DNA of 64,000 bases from NCBI GenBank assembly GCA_963693365.1, contig CAVNZM010000013.1, forward strand, positions 4,368,722 through 4,432,721, in the 5' to 3' direction. The DNA comes from Amoebidium appalachense. Taxonomy: Eukaryota; Protista; Ichthyosporea. The position numbers were made by a program, and so were the translations under genes. Below are positions 21,306-37,472 of the stretch, one piece after another; the first letter of the stretch is position 1; each line of letters opens with the position of its first letter. The notes under the pieces were generated by a model. It saw nothing but the letters and a program-made list of their open reading frames with translations. It did not search any database and had not been told where the DNA came from.

Positions 21306-21870
21306 ATTCTAGGAGAAAAATTTTCTTTTGACTCGGATCAATAAAACCGAAGTTTTTTATTGTCTTCTACGGGTGTCTGCTACACTGGCTGGCAATGTGA
21401 CCACTTTAGACTTTTTGTTGAATTCTGTTGGTGTGAAAAAGGGTTAAAAGTAAAAGGAAAAAAGTTTTTATTGTCTTCTCAGTATGCCGTGCATACTTGC
21501 ATAATCTTTCCGTCGAATAAATCCAGTCAAAAGAAAAAAAATTACTCACGTACGCGTCCATTCTCCATACACACTGTACCGTTCTATCGATAACAAATAC
21601 TACGCTGTTGACACTCGGCGGCCAGTTTGCTAATATGTGGTAGCTAGGCTAGTTCGCAAGTTGCAACCGAGGGAGCGAAGTCAGTTTTTATTTTTTAAGT
21701 AAGCTCAGGTAGTAATCAATGCCTTTCCTTCTAACTTGAGCAAGAGCGGAGTTACGAAAGAACAGCCGTTTTATTCGTCATAGTGGAACCTTTGAAAACC
21801 CACACACACACACACTTGAGCGCGCTGGGAGGCTAGGGCTACTAATTATAGCCGCACGACGTATAATAAA

Positions 21871-25440
<3,570 letters not shown>

Positions 25441-25458
25441 GTGGGTGATTGGCTTTTT

Positions 25459-25489
<31 letters not shown>

Positions 25490-26364
25490 GGGGGGAGGGG
25501 GGAGAGGGGGGGGGAGAGGGGGAGAGGGGGCATAACAGAGGTGCTTTATGGGCCCAGCTGCAGTGGTACTATGGGGCATGAAAGATATCATTTGATCGTG
25601 CTTATTCACATGTGTGCCTGTGTGCCTGTGTGCCTGCCTGCTTGCGTGCATGCTGGGAGAACTGGTGTGGGTCTTTGTTCGAGCAAGTGCGTATGACGGG
25701 CGGATGGGGGGAGGGGGATGGGGGGGGGGAAAGGGGGGGAGGGGGGGGGGACGGGGGGGAAGCATTGTGAGGGTGTTCCATAAGGGTACTGAGACTGTGG
25801 AATAACTGGTGAAATGTGTGATGTGATTGTGCTTGTTCGCATGTCTTCCTGCCTGCCTGCCTGCCTGCCTGCCTGTGGCATGTGTGCATGTGGGGTGAAT
25901 TCGTTCGGGCCTTTGTGGCCCAGGGCCCCTGGTGTGCGTGTGGGGCGGAAGAATGGGGCAGGGGGGGGGGGGGGGGGGGGGGGGAGGGGGGGGGGGGGGA
26001 GGAGGGGAGTATTATCTTGAACTTCTTATCCTCTTCAAAGTGATGTGCTACGAACTTTAAAGCCCTTTTGTGGCCCTGGCGAGTTTATTATGGCGTGAAA
26101 AGTCGTATGGCCAATCAGACTATTTAGCTGCCTTTACTGAATGAAAGCCATGATCAAACTAGTTTAAAGGAACTCGCTAGGTCGCCCACAGAGCTAAGTT
26201 AGCTCCCTAATGAACTCCTTAAGTCAGGCTATTAATAACCAAACTTGGTTGTGGATATGCGTGTGTGTGTGCATGTCGGCGCGCAGGTGTGCTTTTGTGT
26301 GTGTGTGTGTGTGAGTGAGTGAGTGTGTGTGTGTCTGTGTGTGTGTACTGGAGGAAGGGATGAT

Positions 26365-26405
<41 letters not shown>

Positions 26406-27619
26406 CTGGTGTGGGTGCGGTATAGTACCCCTCCCCCCCCCCCCCCCTCCCCCAACATGCACACATGCACACACAGACGCACACGCACACACACCACCAC
26501 CACGACCGCCTCCATGCGGCCAGGTGTAGTTTCGAGGGTGTTTGCTGGCGCACACACACATATGAATGCACATTCTGGCCCATGGATGCACAGGCGTCGA
26601 TGGATCTAGTTACGAGAATGATATGCTCCGCGGGCACCATCTACGGTGTATTCCTAGCCAACTGTCATCTATTCGTTACGAATTATTTTTTTTGAATAGT
26701 TAGTTCGCAACTAGCGTGTAGGGATATATATCCAATCTCGATTCACTAAGCGCCATATCGATTATATTATATGTGTTAACCGTATGAACAATAATGCTGT
26801 CAGCAATCGCCTTTATACGGAAGACAACACATACAATATTTATCCAAAAAACACATTGCAAGTCAATCTCCCCGAAGAAAGCAGCTCTAGTAAGTATCCA
26901 GATCTTCTTGTCCAAGCAACTAATATCATGGCATCCACACAAGCATCTACAATAAACTTAGGACTATCACAATTTCCATGCTACCTTCGTTCGCTATGTA
27001 TCTTCATATGGGTTCCTTTGTTTCAAACACCGCGAAATATGGTATCATAACTAGACAGCTATGTAGCTATCATCGCAAGTGCTCCTGATTGCATGCTTTC
27101 TCCACTCACACAGGTGCCGAAATATCTAGACTACTAGCAAAATTTAGAATATTCCCACTTTCTTTTAGTTTTATGGAACCTTTTTTTTCACACATTATAT
27201 CTACAAAACAAACTCATTTATAAAACCAGATCATACAACGTGAAACAATCAATCTAGGTATTGCGGTACCTGTATACACTGTCCATTTATTTCAAGCCCA
27301 TCATTCAAAGAAATTGACTACCATTATCACCTTAGTCTCACACACGACATTACAATTTGGCTACCGTTTGATCTCTCTAAAGCCCATGGGCACGATGTGA
27401 ATGCTGGCGGGTCGCCAGGGGCTTAGTTCGAATACGTTAAGTTTCACCCGGTCAGGTGCACTGGCCCCCAGTGGCAGACTACCCTCTCTATAGGTTAGGG
27501 AGTTGTGGAACTTTGTAGAAGCCCGACTTATGCCCTACTTCTTTGCTTGAGTTTAAATTTCTTTGTTATTGCCTGCTTGCAGGTATCGTAGGCTCCGTGT
27601 TCTTAGATTTTTGCTCCTT

Positions 27620-27896
27620 GAACAAACCTGCATGTCTTTGGTCAAAATGGGTTTGCTTGTCTATTACTGTGAAAACAGAACCGAGTGGAGCCACATGCAA
27701 GAGAGTTAAGACTTGAAACCCATTTTTTTGTGGAGGCATAGGAACCTTTCTGATGATCGCCACTGACCAAGTGTCTTCTGCTGCCCAATTTTTGTTTGTT
27801 CCAATTTTAGGTTTTTATTTAGGGTTTTCATTTTTTGACGTTTTTGGTTTGTCCTTTGGTGTCTCCTCGATATTTCCAACCGTCTAATGCATACAT
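27620..27896 (+). mobile_element. poly(C)-tailed repeat, subfamily C, long diverged copy
   Basis: gaaacccattttttgtggaggcataggaacctttctgatga...ggtgtctcctcgatatttccaaccgtctaatgcatacat-(C)n; parallels 59670-59843. Confidence 0.8.
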
Positions 27897-27922
27897 CCCC
27901 CCCCCCTCCCCCCCCCCCCCCC

Positions 27923-27981
<59 letters not shown>

Positions 27982-28072
27982 ACACACACCACCCACCCAC
28001 CCACCCACCCACCCATCCACCCCCTGCAACCACCACCACCTATCCACCAATGCACCCACACACATGCGCGCA

Positions 28073-28141
<69 letters not shown>

Positions 28142-28510
28142 CACACACACACTACACACCACATGTTTCATGCAGGTAGAAACAAAAAAGTGAATTTCCC
28201 CCGGATGAAGACGTATGCACAGCACACCATAACATTGAGGCGATATTTTGCAAACATGTAAGTGCCAGCCTCAACCCGCACCCCCACCCATCCCACTTTC
28301 CCCGCTCTCACTCTTCCTTTCGCCCTAGCCCCACCTCTGTCTCCATCTCTCATGGCCCCCTTCCTCCCTCTTTCTTGGCAAGACCCACCATCTCTCTCTC
28401 TCGTTCTCGCTCTTGCCCCCCCCCCCCCCCCCCCCCCCCCCCCGCGCACACACACACGTACACGTGCGCACACACACTCTCTCTCTTCCCCCCCCCCCCC
28501 CCCTCTCTCC

Positions 28511-28555
<45 letters not shown>

Positions 28556-29035
28556 CGCGCGCGCTCGCGCGCGCGTGCACACACACTTTCTCAGCAGAAC
28601 CGGATTTTGTCGTTCCTATGTCGTCACATATGTATATCTGTCTTGCCATCCCAGATTACTTCATGCACGATCCAAAAAGGGCCATAAACATGCCTGCCTT
28701 TACCGGGAAAACAGCCCTTAACACTGGTGTTAAGGCGAAAGGATGTTTTTGCATGGAAAGGAGCCTAGGCGCTTAACAGGACTCGGTGTTTGAATAATAT
28801 GAGAAACGGCGAGGACAGAAATGGCAGGATCGAGGGGTGTACAGATAAGTGATTAACAACAGTACAAAGGGATGGGACTATGAGTTTGAGCCAAGCAAGA
28901 AAGCAAGCAAGAAAGAATGAAAAAAGACTAATTCCTCCCATCCCCGCGGACACTCTACGGGGTGCATACACACACACACACACACACACACACATGCAAG
29001 CACGCACACACGGACGCATGCACACACGCACACAC

Positions 29036-29088
<53 letters not shown>

Positions 29089-29094
29089 GGCACA

Positions 29095-29187
29095 CACACC
29101 GGCACACACACAGACTCACATCTGAGGAATATGAAACAGATTTTGTCAACACACCCACACGAGAGTATTTGGTGGTCTGTGTATCCC

Positions 29188-29219
<32 letters not shown>

Positions 29220-29370
29220 ATTATCCCCTCCCCTTGCCCCCACCACGACCACCACACACACACATACATACACACACAAACACCGGCACACACACAGACT
29301 CACACCTGAGGAAATCGAGGAAACAGAAGTTGTCAACACACCCACACGAGAGTATTTGGTGGTCTGTATA
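29095..29370. repeat. direct duplication of a ~90-bp exon-like segment
   Basis: caccggcacacacacagactcaca..tgaggaa..gaaacaga..ttgtcaacacacccacacgagagtatttggtggtctgt at ~29097-29185 and ~29281-29370. Confidence 0.85.
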
Positions 29371-29474
29371 CCCCCCCCCCCCTCCCCCTCCTCCCCCATG
29401 ACGCATTCAACCCCCCCCCCCCCCCCCCCCCCCCAATATCCCCTCCCCTTCTTCCCCCCGCAACCATCACGACC

Positions 29475-29682
<208 letters not shown>

Positions 29683-30329
29683 CGCACGAACAAGTGTGCG
29701 CCTGCGCGCACGAACGAACGAGCGTACGATCGAACGAATAAACTTGTCAACTAGTTCAACTTGGTGGAGGCGTAAAGTCATTGTACCCGTCTGCCAGCTG
29801 TCAGCCAGATCGACTTAATGTTGTATGAGTTCACATAGGTCGTGTCGTAAGCTTTTCTTCATATGTTGGGTACTATTGCGGTCAGAGCCCATTGCATACT
29901 TTTGAGGCACTGTGAAGACACTGATGAAACATCAAGCGCTTATTTTGATACCAGTGTCTACTAGGTGCAGCACGAATCGTCAGACATCCGATCATTGAGA
30001 CCTTGACCCCCCTATGTTATAGCAAGAATCTCGAAAAGTGGACTGTTCATCTACATGACAAAACTAAGTGCTCCAGCAGTATTTGTGTCTTCCCCTCGGC
30101 GGCAGGACCATAACGGCTTTTTGGACTGGCGCGCTGCAAGCTGAATTGGTAGAGATGTTAAAACTTGGCCTCTGGATCCTATTTTTTCTATCTCTCCCCA
30201 ATAATCGCTGGTTCTGTCACAAAACACGTGTTTTCCCTGACATCTTACGGTTATTGTTTAGTAGAATAAATCGTCCTGCCGGCCATGCTGGCCGTCAGGC
30301 CTGGTAACAAGGCTAACTTTAATTGCTAG

Positions 30330-30895
30330 CCACCTGCCAAATTGACCAATTTCAGATCTATAATTGATCGGCGGCGACTCAAAAGTTGGGCTTAGATCTA
30401 CTATGAAGGTCATCGTCCAAAGTCATTTAAAGTGCATCAAGTCCAAAACTACAATAGAAAACGGGCTTTGTGTGTATATAAAAAAAAAAAGTTAAAAAAA
30501 AATTAAAAAATTGGTAGAGACAAAAACGCGTCAAGTTTATATAAGCAACATATGGTGTCTGGCCCGTTCTTCATGGTCTAAACAGGGCAAAACCACGACC
30601 ACAGCGGCCCAGAGGCATATTCGGGTGAGCCCAGGTCGCTACCAGCCTGGGCCCAAGTCCAGGCGGTTTTGGCCTGTTTTGACAGTGAAGGCGGTGTCGG
30701 ATACCCCTAGTCACTTATATAAACTTTGCGCGTTTTTATATTTACCAATTTTTTACTTAGAACACCAAACTCTCTTCTCTAAGTAAAATCGGTCTTAACT
30801 TGACTTTCAACACATGGATCATAGTATTTGGCCCAGATTCTAAGCCCAACTTTTTGACCCAATTAGATCTGATATTGGTCAATTCATGAGGTGCC
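30330..30895. mobile_element. foldback/MITE-like long imperfect palindrome (~565 bp)
   Basis: Arms pair in reverse complement: aattgaccaatttcagatcta..aaaagttgggcttaga (30340-30396) with 30838-30884; aaaaaattggta..aaaaacgcg..aagtttatataag (30505-30545) with 30713-30753; aaacagggcaaaacc with ggttttggcctgttt near the centre (~30630). Confidence 0.75.
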
Positions 30896-31321
30896 CACAA
30901 ATCTACTAATGTGGTTGAGGGAAAACTACGATCATGCTAGTGGCATGTCTTGTGAGCAGATAATCCGTGCTATTTTCAGGCCATAGAGTGGTGATATTCA
31001 TCACTAGAGAACCAGGTGTTGCTTTAAACCTGTGATATTTTCCTGAGGAACGTATAGTATGCATAAATCAAAGGAAGACTTCTTATCACTCTTCCCATAA
31101 CACTCAACGCTAAAAGTGGATACCGCATGTAAACTGGCCGGCTAGGTTTATGTATAGATATCAATGGATCACCGGCACCTTTGATAGTTTCCGATTGGTG
31201 CTGTGTTTTACTCCCGTTCCTGTCCCACTACGGTCTATGAAACCTCCCAACTTCCTGCGGCAAATCGTCTTTCTCTTCTGTTTCCTTAAAACTCATGCAT
31301 TTGTGGATGTAACGGGACCCA

Positions 31322-31461
31322 CATGATGACATGCTCTGTTCAAGTATCTTCTGCCTGCACGCTCAAAATTTTTGATTTCAGGGCTATCAATTTTGTAGCG
31401 TTTTGCAGTTGTCCTTTAGTCTCTCTCCATATTTCCAACCCTGTAACACATACATACAACA
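31322..31461 (+). mobile_element. poly(C)-tailed repeat, subfamily C, 5'-truncated, directly upstream of the RT
   Basis: gctctgttcaagtatcttctgcctgcacgct...ctccatatttccaaccctgtaacacatacatac...-(C)n matches 59720-59843 and 58810-58943. Confidence 0.8.
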
Positions 31462-31473
31462 CCCCCCCCCCCA

Positions 31474-32709
31474 CGTCGCACTGCACGCTTGCCCACATTT
31501 CAGGCCATAGTTAAAATGCACAAAACACCACCCACCTTCCGTTTCATTGCCAACTCCTCTGCCACATCACTTGAACCTCTCTCCCGCCTTCTCACTAGTG
31601 TGTTTAAGTTCGTCTCCCCTGATGTCGAACGTATGTGGTGTGATGTTGTCAAACCCCACCTGCCACACAACACTAGCTCTTGGATTCTCACGGATAGCAC
31701 CGCACTCACACACACAATCAACGCCCTTAACCGTACCACACGCCAACACGAAAATACGCCCGTGTCTGTGTTTGATTTTTCCACACTCTACACCAAGATT
31801 GACTTGCATGATTTGAAAGCTCGCCTCACTACACTGATTGACGCAATATTTGTCAAAAAATGCACGGACGCTCGCAAACCACACATGTTTATTAAGAAAA
31901 CCGGCTCCACGTTGTCCTGGGTGGATCGTGTAGATGATGATTCCCAGGATGATTCCTTTGAGCCTAAAGAACACTCTCTACATCTCTCTAAGGCACAGCT
32001 TGTGGATTTTCTATGTTTCCTCGTAGATAACATATATGTTGTGTTTGGCGATACCCTCTACAAACAGGACATTGGTATCCCCATGGGTACAAACTGTGCT
32101 GTTTTCTTGGCTAATTTCTATCTCTTTACTTATGAGTTGGATTTTGTTCGCAAGCTTATTGCACACGAACGCATTGATGTCTTGGTAGATTTTCAGTTTA
32201 CTCGCCGCTACATAGATGATTTGATCTCCCTTCATAATCCTCGCATTCTCTCCCACCTCTATTTAGAAGATTGTGATTTCGGTCTATATCCCAAGACCAG
32301 CCTTCAACTCAACCCTGCCGGTTCCTCCCCCTCTGTCCCCTACCTCGACTTGCATATCACCTGCACTAATCACGGCATTCACACAACCATCTACAACAAG
32401 CTCGACACACCCACGTTCAATACACTAGACATCGTTCGTTTCCCACATCACGACTCATTCATCTCCCGCACTGCAAAATACGGCATCATGACAAGTCAAA
32501 TGCATAGCTACCAGCGCAAATGCTCCACACTTGCTGCATTCACCACATGCACTGCACGACTTGCTAAAACATTGCTTAACAAAGGCTACTCGTTTAGACT
32601 CTTGCACCACAAAATGCACAGCTTTCTCGCCACACACCCGCACATATACCGTGGCGTTCACTCCTCTCACATACTCTCCATCATCACTAAAAAGATCAAC
32701 ACTCCCTAG
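31474..32709 (+). mobile_element. Penelope-like element (PLE) reverse transcriptase, 5'-truncated, no GIY-YIG endonuclease visible
   Basis: Uninterrupted ~410-codon frame with PLE/TERT-clade motifs KMHKTPPTFRFIANS, FDFSTLYTKID, YKQDIGIPMGTNCAVFLANFYL, RYIDD, YLDL, TTIYNK, FPHHDS and LLNKGY. The frame runs back into a poly(C) tract with no ATG before the conserved motifs; the stop is followed by ~20 nt and then poly(C). Confidence 0.9.
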
Positions 32710-33110
32710 TCCCCCACTCTATCCCGGTTCCCCCCCCCCCCCCCCCCCCTCCCCCCTACCAGCCCCTACACCTCCCCCCCCCCCCCCTCCCCCCCCCTCC
32801 CTCTCTCTCTCCCTCTCTCTCTCCCTCTCCCTCTCTCTCCCTCCCTCTCTCTCTCTCTGTCTCCCTCTCTCGCTCTCTTTCGTTCTCTCTCGTTCTCTCC
32901 CTCCCTCTCTCTCTCTCTCCCTCTCCCCCTCTCTCCCCCTCTCCCCCCCCCTTCCCCTCCCCCCCCCCCCCCCCCCCCCCCCCTCTCTCTCTCCCCCGCT
33001 CCTTTTCCCAAACAATTCCCCCGCCGTTCTTCTTTCTCAGCCGGCTAGGTTTTTTGGGTTGCCTGGTAAGTTTTGAAATGGAGGTCTCGTCTCTGATCTG
33101 TCCACCACAG

Positions 33111-33146
<36 letters not shown>

Positions 33147-33174
33147 CCCCTCCCTCCCTCCCCTCCCTTCCCTC

Positions 33175-33216
<42 letters not shown>

Positions 33217-33735
33217 CCCCCTTCTCCTCCCCCCCCCCCCCCCCCTTCCCCTCCTACCTTCTTTTTCCCCCCCCTTCCCCCCCCCCCCCCCCCCCCCCTG
33301 GCCAAACCCTGTATACACTCTTCTCATCAGCAGGTCTCTAACCCACTCTGCAGAACGTTTTACGCATTTCTCCCCTCGGAGAACTTGGTCGTTGGTGCGT
33401 TTTTGTCTGACATCTAACGACTCTGCAGGGTCCCCTGAGACTACTGACACTCTAACATTCCCTCCCCTCTCTTACTTCCCCCCCCCCCCCTCCCCCTTTC
33501 CCTCCTCCTTCCCCTCCCATTTTCTCTGCACACCCAACAGGTCTTAACCAGATCTGCACATCGTTAGTCACAATCTTCTCACATATATGAGAGAATGATC
33601 GTATTGGTACGATTTGTCTAATATCTGACGATTCTGCAGCATCCCTAAGACCCCCCTCCCCCTCCCCTCCCCCCCCTCCCCCCCCCCCCCCCCCCCCCAC
33701 CTTCTCTCTCTCTCTCTCCCTCTCCCTCTCTCCCC

Positions 33736-33822
<87 letters not shown>

Positions 33823-33827
33823 TTCCT

Positions 33828-33862
<35 letters not shown>

Positions 33863-33923
33863 GCGCCTGTTGTTTTGCTTGTCATTTGTTGTTCTGGTTG
33901 ATTACCTGTAATCTTCGCTTATT

Positions 33924-33958
<35 letters not shown>

Positions 33959-34509
33959 TGTGCGGGGTTGCACATACCGGTGTCTACTTTTCTTCTTACT
34001 GTTTTTCTCTCCACACACTTCATCTGTCCACTTCTGCATACCCCCTTTCATAGCTATAGACACACTTCACACATTGCGTTACGCGCACGCATGCACACAC
34101 CGCTCTGTTGGCGACAGCTCCCTTGGAACCCATGCGGCATGTTACCCGCCGGCGTAACATAACTCGGACTATCGGTTTGGCTTTTTTCAAGCCCAAAGCA
34201 ATGGGTGATACCATATTTCCGGCTGACATCCGGGGGCATAGCTTTCCGTTCGAAGACGATAAAGTTCCGCCCTAGTAAGCGTGTTACTACCCTGCGGCGT
34301 GGGTCAAATCTCATATTTTCCCCTCTGATTACGAATTCTGTGGCCTTCGGGACTTAATTCTTTTCAGCTGGTGTAGTATGTTAGCCAGGGAAGTATCGAC
34401 TTAGGTATCGACGGGGGAGCTTCCTAGAAGCCCCGTCTCCTGAGTTCCTATCTATATTTTTCTTGCTTCTGCTTACTGCTGCAACTTTAACCCCCGGCCT
34501 TTCCCACTG

Positions 34510-34760
34510 CCCTTGCCTGCATAAGCAACCCTGCTCGTCTCTGATCAAGACGGGTGACCTACTCATGTTCAAGTGAAACAGTATCTGAGTTGGGTTTCGT
34601 TAACGAGGGGAATAGGTCGAAACTCGGGTACTGTGGATGACGTGGGCCCCCCCTGAGGATGGGCTCTGCTTATTATGCATACTCTTTATGTATGGCTTGC
34701 ATTCTGCATCGTGTTATCCGTTTGTTCTTGTGTACTTCGTACTTTTTGACGCATTCAAAA
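34510..34760 (+). mobile_element. poly(C)-tailed repeat, subfamily B
   Basis: Shares gcataagcaaccctgctcgtct..gatcaagacggg with subfamily A; 3' half near-identical to 58572-58740; ends gcattcaaaa-(C)n. Confidence 0.88.
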
Positions 34761-34790
34761 CCCCCCCCCCCTCTCCCCGCCCCAATCCCT

Positions 34791-34993
34791 ATGGTGTCTT
34801 CTCCATACTTCCAACCCCCTAATGCATTATTCCCCCCCCCCCCCCCCCCCCCCCCCTCTTCCCGCGTGCACAGGGGTGACTAGGCCTTTCCCTAAGGATT
34901 TGCTGTGCATAATATGCATACCCTTTATGTGTGGTTTGCACTCCACATTTTGTTTTTCCGTCATAAATGTCTACCCCGTACCTTATGACGCAT
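34791..34993 (+). mobile_element. two further short 3' fragments of the family (C-type 34791-34831; B-like 34860-34993) chained through poly(C)
   Basis: tggtgtcttctccatacttccaaccccctaatgcat and ...cttatgacgcat, each followed by (C)n. Confidence 0.65.
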
Positions 34994-35221
34994 CCCCCCC
35001 CCCCCCCCCCCCCCCGGGCGCCTTTTTCTGGTGAGCCCTGTAACCTGCATGCGAGTTGTCACCTTTCTTTCCCATGCATAGCCTAAAGAAAGAAGAGAAG
35101 GTATTGTACGTGTGTGAGTGCGAAGTGTCTGTAGGCGTGGGTGTGCGTGTGACGGTGATAGTTGCGGTGGTGGTTGTAGGCAATAACACTATGGGTGGCC
35201 TCTAATGGGGTTTCAACACAG

Positions 35222-35637
35222 GAAATCATCAGTGAAATGGACTACGAAAGCCTCTGCCTGTCGGAGGAGGTGCGGGTCAGGCAGACGGAGGTATGCCATA
35301 TGCCCAGTTATGATTACCCTAAGGCTTGTGTTTTCATTTCTTCTAGTGAATGTGTTGCATTTTCAGCATGCTGCGAGTTTATCATTGTTATGTGCAAACG
35401 TAGCGAATTGTCACTTAGGGAATCGCATCGTGGTTTGTCCAATCAAGTGTGAGGGAAGTGCCATCGTATTAACCTATTTGGTGGGTTTAAGGGAAGTGCC
35501 ATCGTATTAACCTATTTGGTGGGTTGGGGAGTTATGTGTTCATCTTGGCACGAGCACTCGTGCGCATATGGACCCGTGCACACGGGCTCACGCGATGCGT
35601 GCGCACACACACACAAACAAACACACGGGCGCGCGTG

Positions 35638-35705
<68 letters not shown>

Positions 35706-37289
35706 CTGCGGCACTTTATCGACACCATTGTTGTGCCTGCGTGTATTATGGACCGGTCTGCCATTATTTTTGAAGCCAACACTGGGTTTTACGAAATGCT
35801 GAGAATGACGAAGAAGGAAGCCCGAAGTCGCTGCTACCTGCAGGTAACCCCTCCCCCCCCCCCTCCCTCCCCCCCCCTCCCTCACCACCACCACCACCAT
35901 CACACCCACCCACCCACCCTACCACCACCATCCCCACTGCGGGCTTTTGATGGCACCCTCTGAGGAGCGACCGAGAAAGCCCACACATTGTGCAATTTGC
36001 TCACTTCAGTGAACTGTCTCCAATGGTTTGTTGTGTTTGATGGTGTCCTGTGTGCATGTGTCGTCGTGTGTATGTGGATGTGTCCACGGCGGCTGATGGA
36101 ACAATTGGACGGTTTAAAACTAGCAGGCCGGTCACATTGACATATGTAAATATAGCTACTTTGTACTCGATAATGCATCCCTCAAATCCGACAGAAAGCA
36201 ATACATGCCTGATAGTTGACGCCTAAAAAGCATGTACCCTTGTTTCGATAGAAGCTGATGCATAATGTGTGCATGTGTGAAGTCGTGTTCTGAGGTTGGG
36301 GGTGTCATCTGTGTTGTGTACATATGTGTGATATACACATGCTGTAGCAACAGTAGCCCTTGCACCATGGCTACACACGCACACACACACAGAGAGAGCG
36401 AGACACACACACAAGCACAAGCCTTCACAGGAGCACACACCGTTGAACGCACGCACGACTCATGACGAAGGCGAAAGTAGAATAGAATGGCGGGAGGGGG
36501 AAGAAGTAAAGGAGGGGAAAGAAAGCAGAAGGACGGGGGGGGGGGGGGGGGGGGGAGGGGGGGGGAGGGGGGGGGGGACGAGGAAAACGAGGCACAGAAG
36601 AATTAGAAAGGCACAAAGAAAAGAAGAAAAACGAGTGGCTGCATTTCCCCATCCACTTACCCTGTGCAGTAAGCCAATCCATATGCAATAATTTGACTGC
36701 TATGCCCCCACCTGTTTTGCTCCTTCCTTTAAATGACATACAAACTGAACATCCCCAGCTCATTCACCGTGACGAGCTTGTAAATTTTTATCGCATTGGG
36801 ATGACAAGGGTGATGACTGCAAGTAAAACAAAGCAGCTTGTAAGTCTCCCCCTTACCCCACCACATTTGCGACACAGTCAAAACCAACCACACCCACATC
36901 TTTGCATCTCTTCCCAAGGTACCTAGCTAGTGTCTCTGCCGTGCAACCCGTGAGAAATTTTTGTAATGTTACTTTTTTTTCGTTTCGTTTAGTTTTTCTG
37001 AAACCTCGATGTATTGCTATCCCAATATTGTAGCCGCCTATTAGGGGAATTTCAAACCGCAGTGGTCAATCTTTGCTGGGGGTACTGACGCTTTGGGAGC
37101 GGCGGCGGTGGCGGTGGGAGGGGGGGAAGGGGGGGGTAGGGGGAGGGGGGAGGGGGCAACTTGAATCATGGCACTGGGCTAAGGTTATGTGAGCACCGTG
37201 TACATGAAGATACCTTGCATGCAAGTGTGTACTCTATGTACTAATCGTGCGCGCGCACACACATGCATGCACGCACGAGCGTGCGTGTA

Positions 37290-37324
<35 letters not shown>

Positions 37325-37386
37325 CGACAGACACAAACACACACACACACACACACGAACCGTGACGCGCACACACACACACACAG

Positions 37387-37472
<86 letters not shown>

